Assembly (NCBI GenBank): GCA_964403465.1
Contig: CAYOFY010000001.1
Span: 1 to 58,592, forward strand
Direction: 5' to 3'
Source of the DNA: an uncultured bacterium
GTDB lineage: Bacteria > Ratteibacteria > UBA8468 > B48-G9 > JAFGKM01
Length of the DNA stretch: 58,592 nucleotides
A model generated the notes under the pieces. It did not search any database. It was not told the origin of the DNA and was given only the letters and a program-made list of their open reading frames with translations. The translations under genes and the position numbers were made by a program. Numbering within the stretch: the stretch's first letter is position 1; every line of letters begins with the position of its first letter. Below are positions 20,868-28,904 of the stretch, one piece after another.

Positions 20868-21544
20868 AAAAGAAGATAATTGATGCATTGAAAGAGCCGG
20901 TAAAAAATCAGGAAAATGTCATAAATCTGCTGATAGGAGGTGTTCTTACATTTTTCCCCGTGGTGAATTTCATCCCCATGGGATATCTCGGGATAAAACT
21001 GAAAAAGAGCATAGAGCAGGATAGGTCATCCGTCAAGTGGGATGAAAATATCTCCAAACTCTTCAAAAAAGGCGCTTTCTTGTGTCTAATAACCCTATCC
21101 TACGCGATAATCCCGCTTTTATTGCTTTTTTTGAGTGCCCGCTTTATGCTAACCCTTTCCGGAGGCAGATTTTTCTCTTTATTTTACTTTAGAGGGCAAA
21201 TTCTCAATATTATAGGTACATTATTACTTCTCATAGCCTTCTATTTTCTTCCTTTTGCCGTATGCCTATATCTCGAGGACGATGACCTTAGAAATGCATT
21301 TCAATTTCGCAAGATCCTTTCGAAAATTTTCCTTGTCATAAAAGAATATTCTGTCATATATGTCCTATTGATAGCACTTCTTTCTTTTTCCGTGGTTATA
21401 CTGTTTCTCCTTTTGAACTGGATAGCCGGGATTCTTACAGGCGGTTTCATATTTTTTTACGACGGCCTTGTTATCAGCAGCATCCTCAGCAAGTTCTTTC
21501 CCAGAAAAGCCATTACGATATCTCTTCTTGAGGTTCCGGAGTGA
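20864..21544 (+). CDS. polytopic membrane protein (DUF4013-like)
   Basis: 226 aa with 4-5 hydrophobic segments. The N-terminus 'ALKEPVKNQENVINLLIGGVL.F.PVVNFIPMGYL' resembles DUF4013. ATGA overlap with pdxJ. Confidence 0.5.
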   Translation: MKKKIIDALKEPVKNQENVINLLIGGVLTFFPVVNFIPMGYLGIKLKKSIEQDRSSVKWDENISKLFKKGAFLCLITLSYAIIPLLLLFLSARFMLTLSGGRFFSLFYFRGQILNIIGTLLLLIAFYFLPFAVCLYLEDDDLRNAFQFRKILSKIFLVIKEYSVIYVLLIALLSFSVVILFLLLNWIAGILTGGFIFFYDGLVISSILSKFFPRKAITISLLEVPE

Positions 21545-22070
21545 GTCTTCTGCACATATAGAAATTAATCAATTATCAAAAAAATGCACGTCCTTGAATA
21601 TTATCTAAGATTTTATTTATCAGACGATAAGACATATAACGTCGGATAAGAAATATTATGTTAACTTAACTGTCCCACAAACTCGTCCGAAGGAACCCCG
21701 AATACAGATTAAAGTGTTGAAAGGCTTCTCTTAAGAAAAACTTTGATATAATGCGCTCTAAGTCATTCATGTAGAATAACTTATCATTCAAAAGTTATAA
21801 GAGCTTTTTTTGGGTATTTTTTATGAAATCCCCTGCATATTCAGCCTCAAAATAGTAGACGGAGCGCGCGGACAGATATTATTACACCTAAATCAGACAA
21901 TTATTATGCATCATCTGACCAGAACATAGAATTTCTGGTGGTGAACACACATACCGTCTGTCCTGATACCGATGATCAAAACCGCCCAGAAATACGGCCT
22001 TATGGTCTGCAATCAAAGACGGAGAAAGGCTACAACTTAGCGTCCGCAAACTATATTTTTTTGTGAATTT

Positions 22071-22578
22071 TCACGCTTTCAGCTTCTTCTTTCCTGTTTC
22101 CTGGACTGAATTATATAAGTGTATATCTATCAGGTAGTTATAAGTCCTTGCTTCATGTAATATGTAAATTAAAATCCCGCCCTGCAGCTCCACTCCATGC
22201 CGAAAAATTTTCAAAGCGACCCCCGTATGTGAAATTTCCATAAAATTCTGCCACCGGAATTCTCTTAGTACATCCAACCGGAAAATTGCCTTTTCCTGTT
22301 TTATGCGCCCAGCATCCGCATGAAAATCAAAAATTAGGCTTTCTTTCTCCGTTTAAGAACGTTTTATACGCCTTTATATCATTTGAGGGCCCTATTACCC
22401 CTGATTCTGGGCCGTTAATTACCCGCAAGTCATATTTAAGCATCCCAATCCGCCTGGCACGGCTTCTCATATCCCCTGTCCACCCTCCCCTGAAAATCCT
22501 TCCATGAGGGTAAAAATAAACTTTTCTTCCACATTCATATGACAAACCTGGAACTTTGCTCTTCACCCCAATGTCCAA
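22071..22578 (-). pseudogene. decayed REP-associated tyrosine transposase (RAYT / IS200-like Y1 transposase) remnant
   Basis: Two minus-strand reading frames are needed. 'HGRIFRGGWTGDM' resembles the RAYT N-terminus 'Y.KGGTWFFT'. 'FMEISHTGVAL' sits where the HUH motif should be, and the His pair is lost. 'ARTYNYLIDIHLYNSVQETG' aligns with the C-terminal 'DY...VDYIYINPVKHG', and the catalytic Tyr position is changed. A frameshift lies between 22277 and 22327. Confidence 0.45.
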
Positions 22579-22617
22579 AAAGAAAGTGCACGGACTCCTT
22601 TTCCTCGGAGTCCGTGC
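22572..22617 (-). terminator. rho-independent terminator of ppdK
   Basis: An 11-bp perfect stem pairs gcacggactcc (22588-22598) with ggagtccgtgc (22607-22617) across an 8-nt loop. On the minus strand it is followed by CTTTCTTTTT. Confidence 0.8.
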
Positions 22618-22633
22618 GCCTCACGGTTCTTGT

Positions 22634-22705
22634 TACAACTTAGTAACTTTAAAAGTTTGGGAGTTATATAGTTAAGAAGTTAAGTACTTCGTAAGTTCCA
22701 AACTT
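22634..22705. repeat. nine tandem 8-bp units, each ending in an A[C/G]TT box
   Basis: Boxes start at 22638, 22646, 22654, 22662, 22670, 22678, 22686, 22694 and 22702. In order they read ACTT ACTT AGTT AGTT AGTT AGTT ACTT AGTT ACTT. The register is lost on both flanks. Confidence 0.9.
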
Positions 22706-22710
22706 CAGTA

Positions 22711-25431
22711 TTACCTTTGCTCCTCTATCGCTGCCTGTGCTGCGGCGAGGACGGCAATTGGAATTCTATACGGAGAACAACTGACATAGTTCATTCTTAC
22801 CCGGTGGCAGAACTTGACTGATTCTGCTTCGCCACCATGCTCTCCACATATACCGACCTTCAGTCCAGGTCGTGTGCTTCTGCCGCGTCTGATCCCTATG
22901 TCAACCAGTTCGCCTATACCCTCCTGGTCAAGAACCTGAAAGGGATCTTCGGGAAGAATTTTTTTCTCGATGTAGTCCGGTGCGAAAGCCCCGATATCGT
23001 CTCTTGAAAATCCGAAACCCATCTGTGTCAGGTCATTCGTACCGAACGAAAAAAATTCGGCCTCGGACGCGATTTTCCCGGCAGTCAGTGCCGCCCTTGG
23101 GATTTCAATCATCGTTCCGTAGAGGTATTCTATCTTTTTAACCCCATACTTACCGCACACTTCCTCGTGAATTTTATCCACTATTTTTTTCTGGTCCTGC
23201 AATTCTTCGACGGTGCTTACAACCGGCACCATAATCTCCGGCAATGCCTCCTTGCCCTCCTTTATCAATTCTACTGCGGATTCAAAGATTGCCCTGACCT
23301 GCATCTCGGTAACTTCGGGATAGGTAACTCCTAAACGTACACCGCGATGTCCCATCATGGGATTTGTTTCATGCAGATTCTCTCCCCTCTTTTTAAATTC
23401 TTCCAGTGATATTCCAAGACTCTTTGCAAGCTTGGATTGTTCACTCTCGCGCTTCGGCACAAATTCATGCAACGGAGGGTCAAGCAGCCTTATGGTAACA
23501 GGGAGCCCGTTCATAACCTCCATCGTAGCCTTAATATCCTTTTTTACGTACGGCAGCAATTCTTCCAAAGCCGCCCTCCTCTCTTCAGTCGTATTAGCCA
23601 CAATCATCTTTCTCAGGTGGAACAATGGCTCTTCCGAACCCTTTCCATAAAACATATGCTCCGTTCTGAAAAGCCCTATGCCTTCCGCACCGAAAGCAAT
23701 CGCATTCCTTGCGTCGTCAGGTGTGTCGGCATTAGCCCTTACGCCCAGTCTGCGCAGAGAATTCGCAATTCTCATGAATTCGGCAAAACGCGGGTTTTCC
23801 GTTGCATCAATCATAGGCAGGCTTCCTTCATAGACATACCCTCTCGTTCCGTTAAGAGTAATAACGGCGCCTTCCTTGAAAGTTTTGCCGTCCACGATTA
23901 GAGTCTTCTTATGGACATCTATTTTTAGCGCGCTGCAACCGACAATACAACACTTGCCCCATCCACGGGCAACAAGGGCCGCGTGGCTTGTCATCCCTCC
24001 CCTCCCCGTAAGTATGCCCTGTGCCGCTCTCATCCCCTCAACATCTTCCGGATTGGTCTCCTCTCTCACCAGAATTGTCTTTTTGCCATGTTTTGTCCAT
24101 TTTACGGCATCGTCCGCAGTAAATACTATCAGACCTGTCGCTCCGCCGGGACCGGCTGGAAGACCCTTGGCAAGAGGCTTCGCATTTGCTTCTGATTTCG
24201 GGTCTATTAGAGGATGGAGAAGTTCATCAACCTGGCTGGCTGTCAGTCTCATAACAACCTCTTTTCTATCTATGAGCTTTTCGGAAAGCATATCCATCGC
24301 CATATTGAGGGCAGCCGTGCCCGTCCTCTTACCCACACGACACTGTAACATCCATAGACGGCCTTCCTGGATAGTAAATTCAATATCCTGCATATCCCGG
24401 AAATGATTTTCAAGATTTAACCTTATATCACATAATTCTCTGTAAACATCAGGCATCGCCTCCTGGAGAGAATGCAGATGTTGATTCTGTTCGTTTTTCG
24501 TCTCTTCATTCAGAGGGTTCGGCGTCCTTATTCCGGCCACGACATCTTCTCCCTGTGCGTTCACCAGCCACTCGCCGTAGAACTTGTTCTCGCCTGTCGC
24601 AGGGTTGCGGGAAAACGCAACGCCGGTGGCCGAAGTATTGCCCATGTTGCCGAAGACCATAGCCTGCACGTTTACCGCCGTGCCCCAATCATCTGGAATA
24701 CCTTCAATCCTGCGGTAGGAGACGGCCCTTTTCCCGTTCCAAGACTGGAAAACGGCCTTTATGCCACCCATCAATTGTTCCCATGCATTATCAGGAAATT
24801 CGGCTCCTATTACATCCTTTATTCTTTTTTTGAATGCCTCGCATAAATCCCTCAGGTCCTCTGCGGTAAGGTCGGTATCGGACTTATAACCTTTTTTGGT
24901 CTTTAATTCGCCCATCATCTTGTCCAGTTGAACCCTGATACCCCTGCCCTCCGACGGCTCCAGACCTGCGGCTTTTTCCATAACCACGTCAGAATACATC
25001 ATGATAAGACGTCTGTACGCATCATAGACGAAACGCGGGTTTTTTGTTTTCTTGATAAGACCTGGTATGGTCGCCGAACAGAGCCCCACATTGAGCACCG
25101 TCTCCATCATGCCAGGCATGGATTTGCGTGCGCCGGAACGAACAGAAACAAGCAGGGGATTCACTCCATCCCCGAACTTTCTGCCCATGATATCCTCAAC
25201 CTTTAAAAGGTGTTCCTTTATCTCCTCCTCCAGTCTATCAGGGAGATTCTTCCCTTTTTGATAGTAATAGGTGCATACTTCCGTCGTGATTGTAAACCCT
25301 GCAGGAACGGGGATGTCCAGCCTTACCATCTCCGCAAGTCCTGCTCCCTTCCCTCCGAGTAATTCTTTCATCTTCCCATCACCGTCCGCTTTACCTGCAC
25401 CAAAAAAATAAACGTACTTCTTGCCATCCAT
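22711..25431 (-). CDS. ppdK: pyruvate, phosphate dikinase
   Basis: The ATG at 25431 follows GGAGGGAGG ('MDGKKYVYFFG'). Motifs 'GGKGAGLAEM', 'GGMTSHAALVARGWGK' (phospho-His loop), 'FSFGTNDLTQ' and 'GICGEHGG'. Confidence 0.97.
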   Translation of the reverse strand: MDGKKYVYFFGAGKADGDGKMKELLGGKGAGLAEMVRLDIPVPAGFTITTEVCTYYYQKGKNLPDRLEEEIKEHLLKVEDIMGRKFGDGVNPLLVSVRSGARKSMPGMMETVLNVGLCSATIPGLIKKTKNPRFVYDAYRRLIMMYSDVVMEKAAGLEPSEGRGIRVQLDKMMGELKTKKGYKSDTDLTAEDLRDLCEAFKKRIKDVIGAEFPDNAWEQLMGGIKAVFQSWNGKRAVSYRRIEGIPDDWGTAVNVQAMVFGNMGNTSATGVAFSRNPATGENKFYGEWLVNAQGEDVVAGIRTPNPLNEETKNEQNQHLHSLQEAMPDVYRELCDIRLNLENHFRDMQDIEFTIQEGRLWMLQCRVGKRTGTAALNMAMDMLSEKLIDRKEVVMRLTASQVDELLHPLIDPKSEANAKPLAKGLPAGPGGATGLIVFTADDAVKWTKHGKKTILVREETNPEDVEGMRAAQGILTGRGGMTSHAALVARGWGKCCIVGCSALKIDVHKKTLIVDGKTFKEGAVITLNGTRGYVYEGSLPMIDATENPRFAEFMRIANSLRRLGVRANADTPDDARNAIAFGAEGIGLFRTEHMFYGKGSEEPLFHLRKMIVANTTEERRAALEELLPYVKKDIKATMEVMNGLPVTIRLLDPPLHEFVPKRESEQSKLAKSLGISLEEFKKRGENLHETNPMMGHRGVRLGVTYPEVTEMQVRAIFESAVELIKEGKEALPEIMVPVVSTVEELQDQKKIVDKIHEEVCGKYGVKKIEYLYGTMIEIPRAALTAGKIASEAEFFSFGTNDLTQMGFGFSRDDIGAFAPDYIEKKILPEDPFQVLDQEGIGELVDIGIRRGRSTRPGLKVGICGEHGGEAESVKFCHRVRMNYVSCSPYRIPIAVLAAAQAAIEEQR

Positions 25432-25592
25432 TATTTCCTCCCTCCGTACAAGATTTTTAAAGCTGGTAGTTTTAACGCCCACCAATTTTAATCTTTTTTC
25501 AATATACAGTCAAATTTCAATTTCATTTGTGTAATTGACGGTTATATATTATAGTAGTTTAGATTTGTTCCTTTAATAGGGAGGAGACTGGA

Positions 25593-26834
25593 ATGAAAAA
25601 GGGAGAACGGATGAAGTGGTGGACGGAAGCAAAGTTCGGCATGTTTATACACTGGGGGCTTTATTCCCTGCTTGAAAGAGGTGAATGGACAATGCTGGTT
25701 GAACGGATACCGCGCAAAGAATATGCGAAACTTGCATGGAAATTCAACCCACCGGGGAGTTTCACACCTGAAAACTGGGTTAAGATAGCCAAAGGAACCG
25801 GTGTAAAATACATGGTTCTGACAACAAGACATCATGACGGTTTCTGTCTCTTCGATTCAAAAGCAAGTGATTTCACATCCGTAAAAACGGCCGCAAAGAG
25901 GGACTTTGTGAAAGAATTCATAACTTCCTGCAGAAAACATGATATGCGCGTGGGCCTCTACTACAGCCTGCTCGACTGGCGTTTTCCAGGATATTTTCAG
26001 AGGAGGAAATACCCGGAGAGTTTTGAAGCCATGGTTAAGCAGGCCCATGCACAGGTGAAGGAACTGATGACAAACTACGGGAAGATAGATATCCTCTGGT
26101 ACGACGGAGGATGGATACCCGGAACGGACGTCAAGAAAGATACTCCGGTTCTCTGGAAAAGCAGGGAACTCAACGGCATGGTGCGCAGACTGCAGCCGCA
26201 CATAATAATAAACAACCGTGCGGGACTGCCGGAAGACACGGATACCCCCGAACAACACACCACAGCCTCGGAAGCCGGAAGATACTGGGAATCCTGCATG
26301 ACAATGGGAGATTCTTGCGGATGGGGTTATATCAAGAACAACCCTAATATGAAGCCCACGACGCAGCTTATACAGAACCTCGTAACCTGCGCAAGCAACG
26401 GGGGAAACTACTTGCTTAACATCGGACCCAGAGCAGACGGCAGCATCAGGAAAGAAGAGACCGTACGCCTGAAGGATATAGGCACATGGTTAAAGAAAAA
26501 TGGCGAGGCAATTTACGGCACGGAACGCATACCCGCAGGATTCGGATTATGGGGGGCAGGGATGCTCGGGATGGCCACTGCAAAAGGCAATAACTCCTAT
26601 CTGCACATCTTCAGATGGTCCGGAAAAACAGCTACAGTGACCGGAATAAGGACAGAGGTAGTTTCCGCTAAAATTCTTGCCACGGGCAAACAGGTGAAAT
26701 TCAGGCAGGATGGGGGAAAACTGGTTATCACCGGACTGCCTGAAGAGCCGCCGGATAGATACGGAACTGTTATAGCATTGAAACTGAAAGGCAAGCCGGA
26801 GACGTTTGATTACTCACACATACCTCTGCCCTGA
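25593..26834 (+). CDS. alpha-L-fucosidase (GH29)
   Basis: 'WWTEAKFGMFIHWGLYS', 'TTRHHDGFCLFDS' and 'LWYDGGW'. Confidence 0.9.
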   Translation: MKKGERMKWWTEAKFGMFIHWGLYSLLERGEWTMLVERIPRKEYAKLAWKFNPPGSFTPENWVKIAKGTGVKYMVLTTRHHDGFCLFDSKASDFTSVKTAAKRDFVKEFITSCRKHDMRVGLYYSLLDWRFPGYFQRRKYPESFEAMVKQAHAQVKELMTNYGKIDILWYDGGWIPGTDVKKDTPVLWKSRELNGMVRRLQPHIIINNRAGLPEDTDTPEQHTTASEAGRYWESCMTMGDSCGWGYIKNNPNMKPTTQLIQNLVTCASNGGNYLLNIGPRADGSIRKEETVRLKDIGTWLKKNGEAIYGTERIPAGFGLWGAGMLGMATAKGNNSYLHIFRWSGKTATVTGIRTEVVSAKILATGKQVKFRQDGGKLVITGLPEEPPDRYGTVIALKLKGKPETFDYSHIPLP

Positions 26835-26851
26835 CAGGTATTGGAGACGGT

Positions 26852-26879
26852 GGAACTTTCTGCCTGTTTTTGTGTCTAA
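26852..26879 (+). promoter_or_regulatory. ECF-type promoter P1 (GGAACTT-N16-TCTAA) in front of the ECF sigma gene
   Basis: GGAACTT at 26852-26858, a 16-nt spacer, TCTAA at 26875-26879, 22 nt upstream of the sigma ATG. The same architecture occurs at 28621-28648. Confidence 0.65.
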
Positions 26880-26900
26880 TAAATGTAAGGGATATCCCTG

Positions 26901-27440
26901 ATGGACAGAAAAGAGGAATTTGTTGGAATAGTGAACAGGGAAATGAACAGCGTTTTCAATCTCGCATACAGGTTATGCGGGAATTACCATCAGGCAAAGG
27001 ACATAACACAGGAGACTTTCCTGAGGGCTTATCAATCTTTCGACAGGTTTGAGGGGCGCTCAAAAATCTTCACATATCTTTACCGCATAACCTGCAACGT
27101 CTGGAAAAACACCCTCAGAAAGAAGAAAATCCAGAATTTCACATCATACACGGCAGGATTGAACACAAGGAAAATAGAGGATATTCCGGCAGCCGAGAAT
27201 ATGTTTCCGGATGAACGCACGCAGAACGATGCAAAAAACAGGATTGTCCAGAAATGTCTTGATTCTCTTCCGGCTGGTGATAGGGCAATTATTGTGCTCA
27301 GGGATATGGAGGGTCGCTCATACGAAGAAATAGCCGGCATACTTAATTGCCGGACAGGAACGGTAAAATCACGACTCGCAAGGGCAAGACAGAAACTTGC
27401 CGAAAAGATTCTGCCGTTCCGGGAGGATTTGAACCAATGA
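26901..27440 (+). CDS. ECF (RpoE-like) RNA polymerase sigma-70 family factor
   Basis: Region 2: 'DITQETFLRAYQSFDRFEGRSKIFTYLYRITCN'. Region 4 HTH: 'SYEEIAGILNCRTGTVKSRLARARQKL'. Confidence 0.92.
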   Translation: MDRKEEFVGIVNREMNSVFNLAYRLCGNYHQAKDITQETFLRAYQSFDRFEGRSKIFTYLYRITCNVWKNTLRKKKIQNFTSYTAGLNTRKIEDIPAAENMFPDERTQNDAKNRIVQKCLDSLPAGDRAIIVLRDMEGRSYEEIAGILNCRTGTVKSRLARARQKLAEKILPFREDLNQ

Positions 27441-28483
27441 AACTCCATGGAAACATGAGACTTTTCTCGCTCTATATTGACGGGGAACTGGATAAAAAGC
27501 TGAAGGATTCGGTTGCGCTGCATATCGAGACCTGCGATGAATGCAGAAAAACTGTCGAGATGCTGAAGGGAACGAGAGATCTCTTATCACGGACAGGAAG
27601 AATACAGGCACCCGCAGACCTTGCAAGGGATATAATGGACAATATCCCTGAAACAAAGCCTTCAGCCCTCCCGGTCAAAAAATTCTATCTTCCGGTCTTT
27701 GGAACGATTGCCCTGCTTATCGCCGCATTTCTTGTAATGCATAACAGAACTCAGGAAATTCAGATAGCCAGGGCACCCGTGCATGAAAGACCCCCTGAGA
27801 CAGCAAAAGGTGCGGCTATCCCTGAACTTCAGCAGGAAAAAAGGCCGGTTGATGAGGTGAAAAGAAAAAATGAAGAAGAGACTGTCAGTCAACCTGGGGC
27901 ATATCACAAACCATTCGCTTTGAAAGAAAAAGGCACGTCATTGGAAAAACCTGTTGATAGGTTATCCGATACATCCAGAGCAAGGGAAGGCACAAAAGTC
28001 ATAGCCAGGGAGGAAGGAACGGGAAAAGCCCTGGCAGGAGCAGCATCCGCTCCCTCATCGTCGTTGAAGACTGAAGGGCAGTACTGCATCATCGGAGAAG
28101 GCGGTAAGAAGGTATGCAGCAGCGCCAGCTCCGTATCCGACGAAGTATCGGGAACGGAAACTGCAAAAATTACAGAGGCAAGACCGCTGCCCAATGCGAT
28201 GGTAATACGGGATAAGAAGGAATGGTCCTCAATATGGAATACGCAGAACACTCTTCAAAATCTGACATTACCGCTTCCCGACGTTGATTTCAAGGAAAAG
28301 ATGGTTGTCGCCGTACCCTCCAGGCAGGCAGATAATGAGTATACCGTTGTAAACACTATTGAGGAAAAAGACAAAATCGTTGTTCAGTATAAGGAATTAC
28401 CCCTTCAGAAACTGGCACCTCCGCCATACCAGTTGAACGTAGTAAATAAGAAACCATCCGTTGAATTCCAGAAAATAGACTGA
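27437..28483 (+). CDS. anti-sigma factor (zf-HC2) with one transmembrane segment and a large extracytoplasmic C-terminal region
   Basis: ATGA overlap with the sigma gene stop. 'LHIETCDECRK' gives H-x3-C-x2-C. The TM segment is 'FYLPVFGTIALLIAAFLVM'. Confidence 0.75.
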   Translation: MKLHGNMRLFSLYIDGELDKKLKDSVALHIETCDECRKTVEMLKGTRDLLSRTGRIQAPADLARDIMDNIPETKPSALPVKKFYLPVFGTIALLIAAFLVMHNRTQEIQIARAPVHERPPETAKGAAIPELQQEKRPVDEVKRKNEEETVSQPGAYHKPFALKEKGTSLEKPVDRLSDTSRAREGTKVIAREEGTGKALAGAASAPSSSLKTEGQYCIIGEGGKKVCSSASSVSDEVSGTETAKITEARPLPNAMVIRDKKEWSSIWNTQNTLQNLTLPLPDVDFKEKMVVAVPSRQADNEYTVVNTIEEKDKIVVQYKELPLQKLAPPPYQLNVVNKKPSVEFQKID

Positions 28484-28518
28484 TCACTGCAATAAAACCT
28501 GTTAACCAATCCTGCAAA

Positions 28519-28594
28519 GGGCGGCTTTCTTCATCCCGATTCTTCTCAACCGGGATGTTCCTCCTTCAGACGCCCGCTTCAGAAACCGCCCGGC
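28519..28594. repeat. 76-nt hairpin repeat (copy 2 of 16855-16930)
   Basis: 71/76 identical to copy 1 in the same orientation. The terminal inverted repeat gggcgg(c)tttc...gaaaccgccc is preserved. The internal stem is kept in a shifted register (catcccg...cgggatg). Confidence 0.85.
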
Positions 28595-28620
28595 TGTTTG
28601 TCCCCTTTTGTACAAGAGAT

Positions 28621-28648
28621 GGAACTTCTTGTATCTCCGCGTGTCTAA
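28621..28648 (+). promoter_or_regulatory. ECF-type promoter P2 (GGAACTT-N16-TCTAA) upstream of the vWA operon
   Basis: GGAACTT at 28621-28627, a 16-nt spacer, TCTAA at 28644-28648. The flank 'gtgtctaa(c/t)aaat' is shared with P1. Confidence 0.6.
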
Positions 28649-28670
28649 CAAATAAATGGAAAAATCAAAA

Positions 28671-28880
28671 CCCGTCACTGGAAGGAGTGAAACGTGAAAG
28701 GTGACGTATTCTGTCATCCCTGCGGATAGTAAGCAGGGATCCAGGGAGAAAAATGGTTATGGACTATGGCTTACACATGCCGGAGCGACAAGGAACGTCG
28801 GGTTGCCACTCAAAAGACCCCGTAGAACGGGGCACGGCGCTCGCAAAGACAGAAGGCGTCGTTTCACATTTCACGCTTTT
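28671..28880. mobile_element. MITE-like element (copy 2) inserted between promoter P2 and the vWA start codon
   Basis: Left arm cccgtcactggaaggagtgaaacgtgaaaggtgacgt (28671-28707). Right arm gtcgtttcacatttcacgctttt (28858-28880). The arms are near-complementary (gtgaaaYgtgaaa..gacg). The interior holds GTCAT-family modules: gtcatccctgcggatagtaagcagggatcc and ccccgtagaacggggc..gctcgcaaagac. Confidence 0.75.
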
Positions 28881-28904
28881 AGAAGCGGGGTAAAGGAGGA
28901 GGAA

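Noticed and set aside
22286-22507. 73-aa plus-strand ORF in the gene-free region.
   Set aside because: It lies antisense to the RAYT-like remnant, has no ribosome-binding site and has a Pro/Leu-rich translation with no motif.
22553-22581. GGAACTT-N17-TCCAA on the plus strand, resembling the ECF promoter motif.
   Set aside because: The -10 differs (TCCAA). It lies inside the RAYT pseudogene and points into the ppdK terminator and the antisense of ppdK. With no downstream gene, it is most likely chance.
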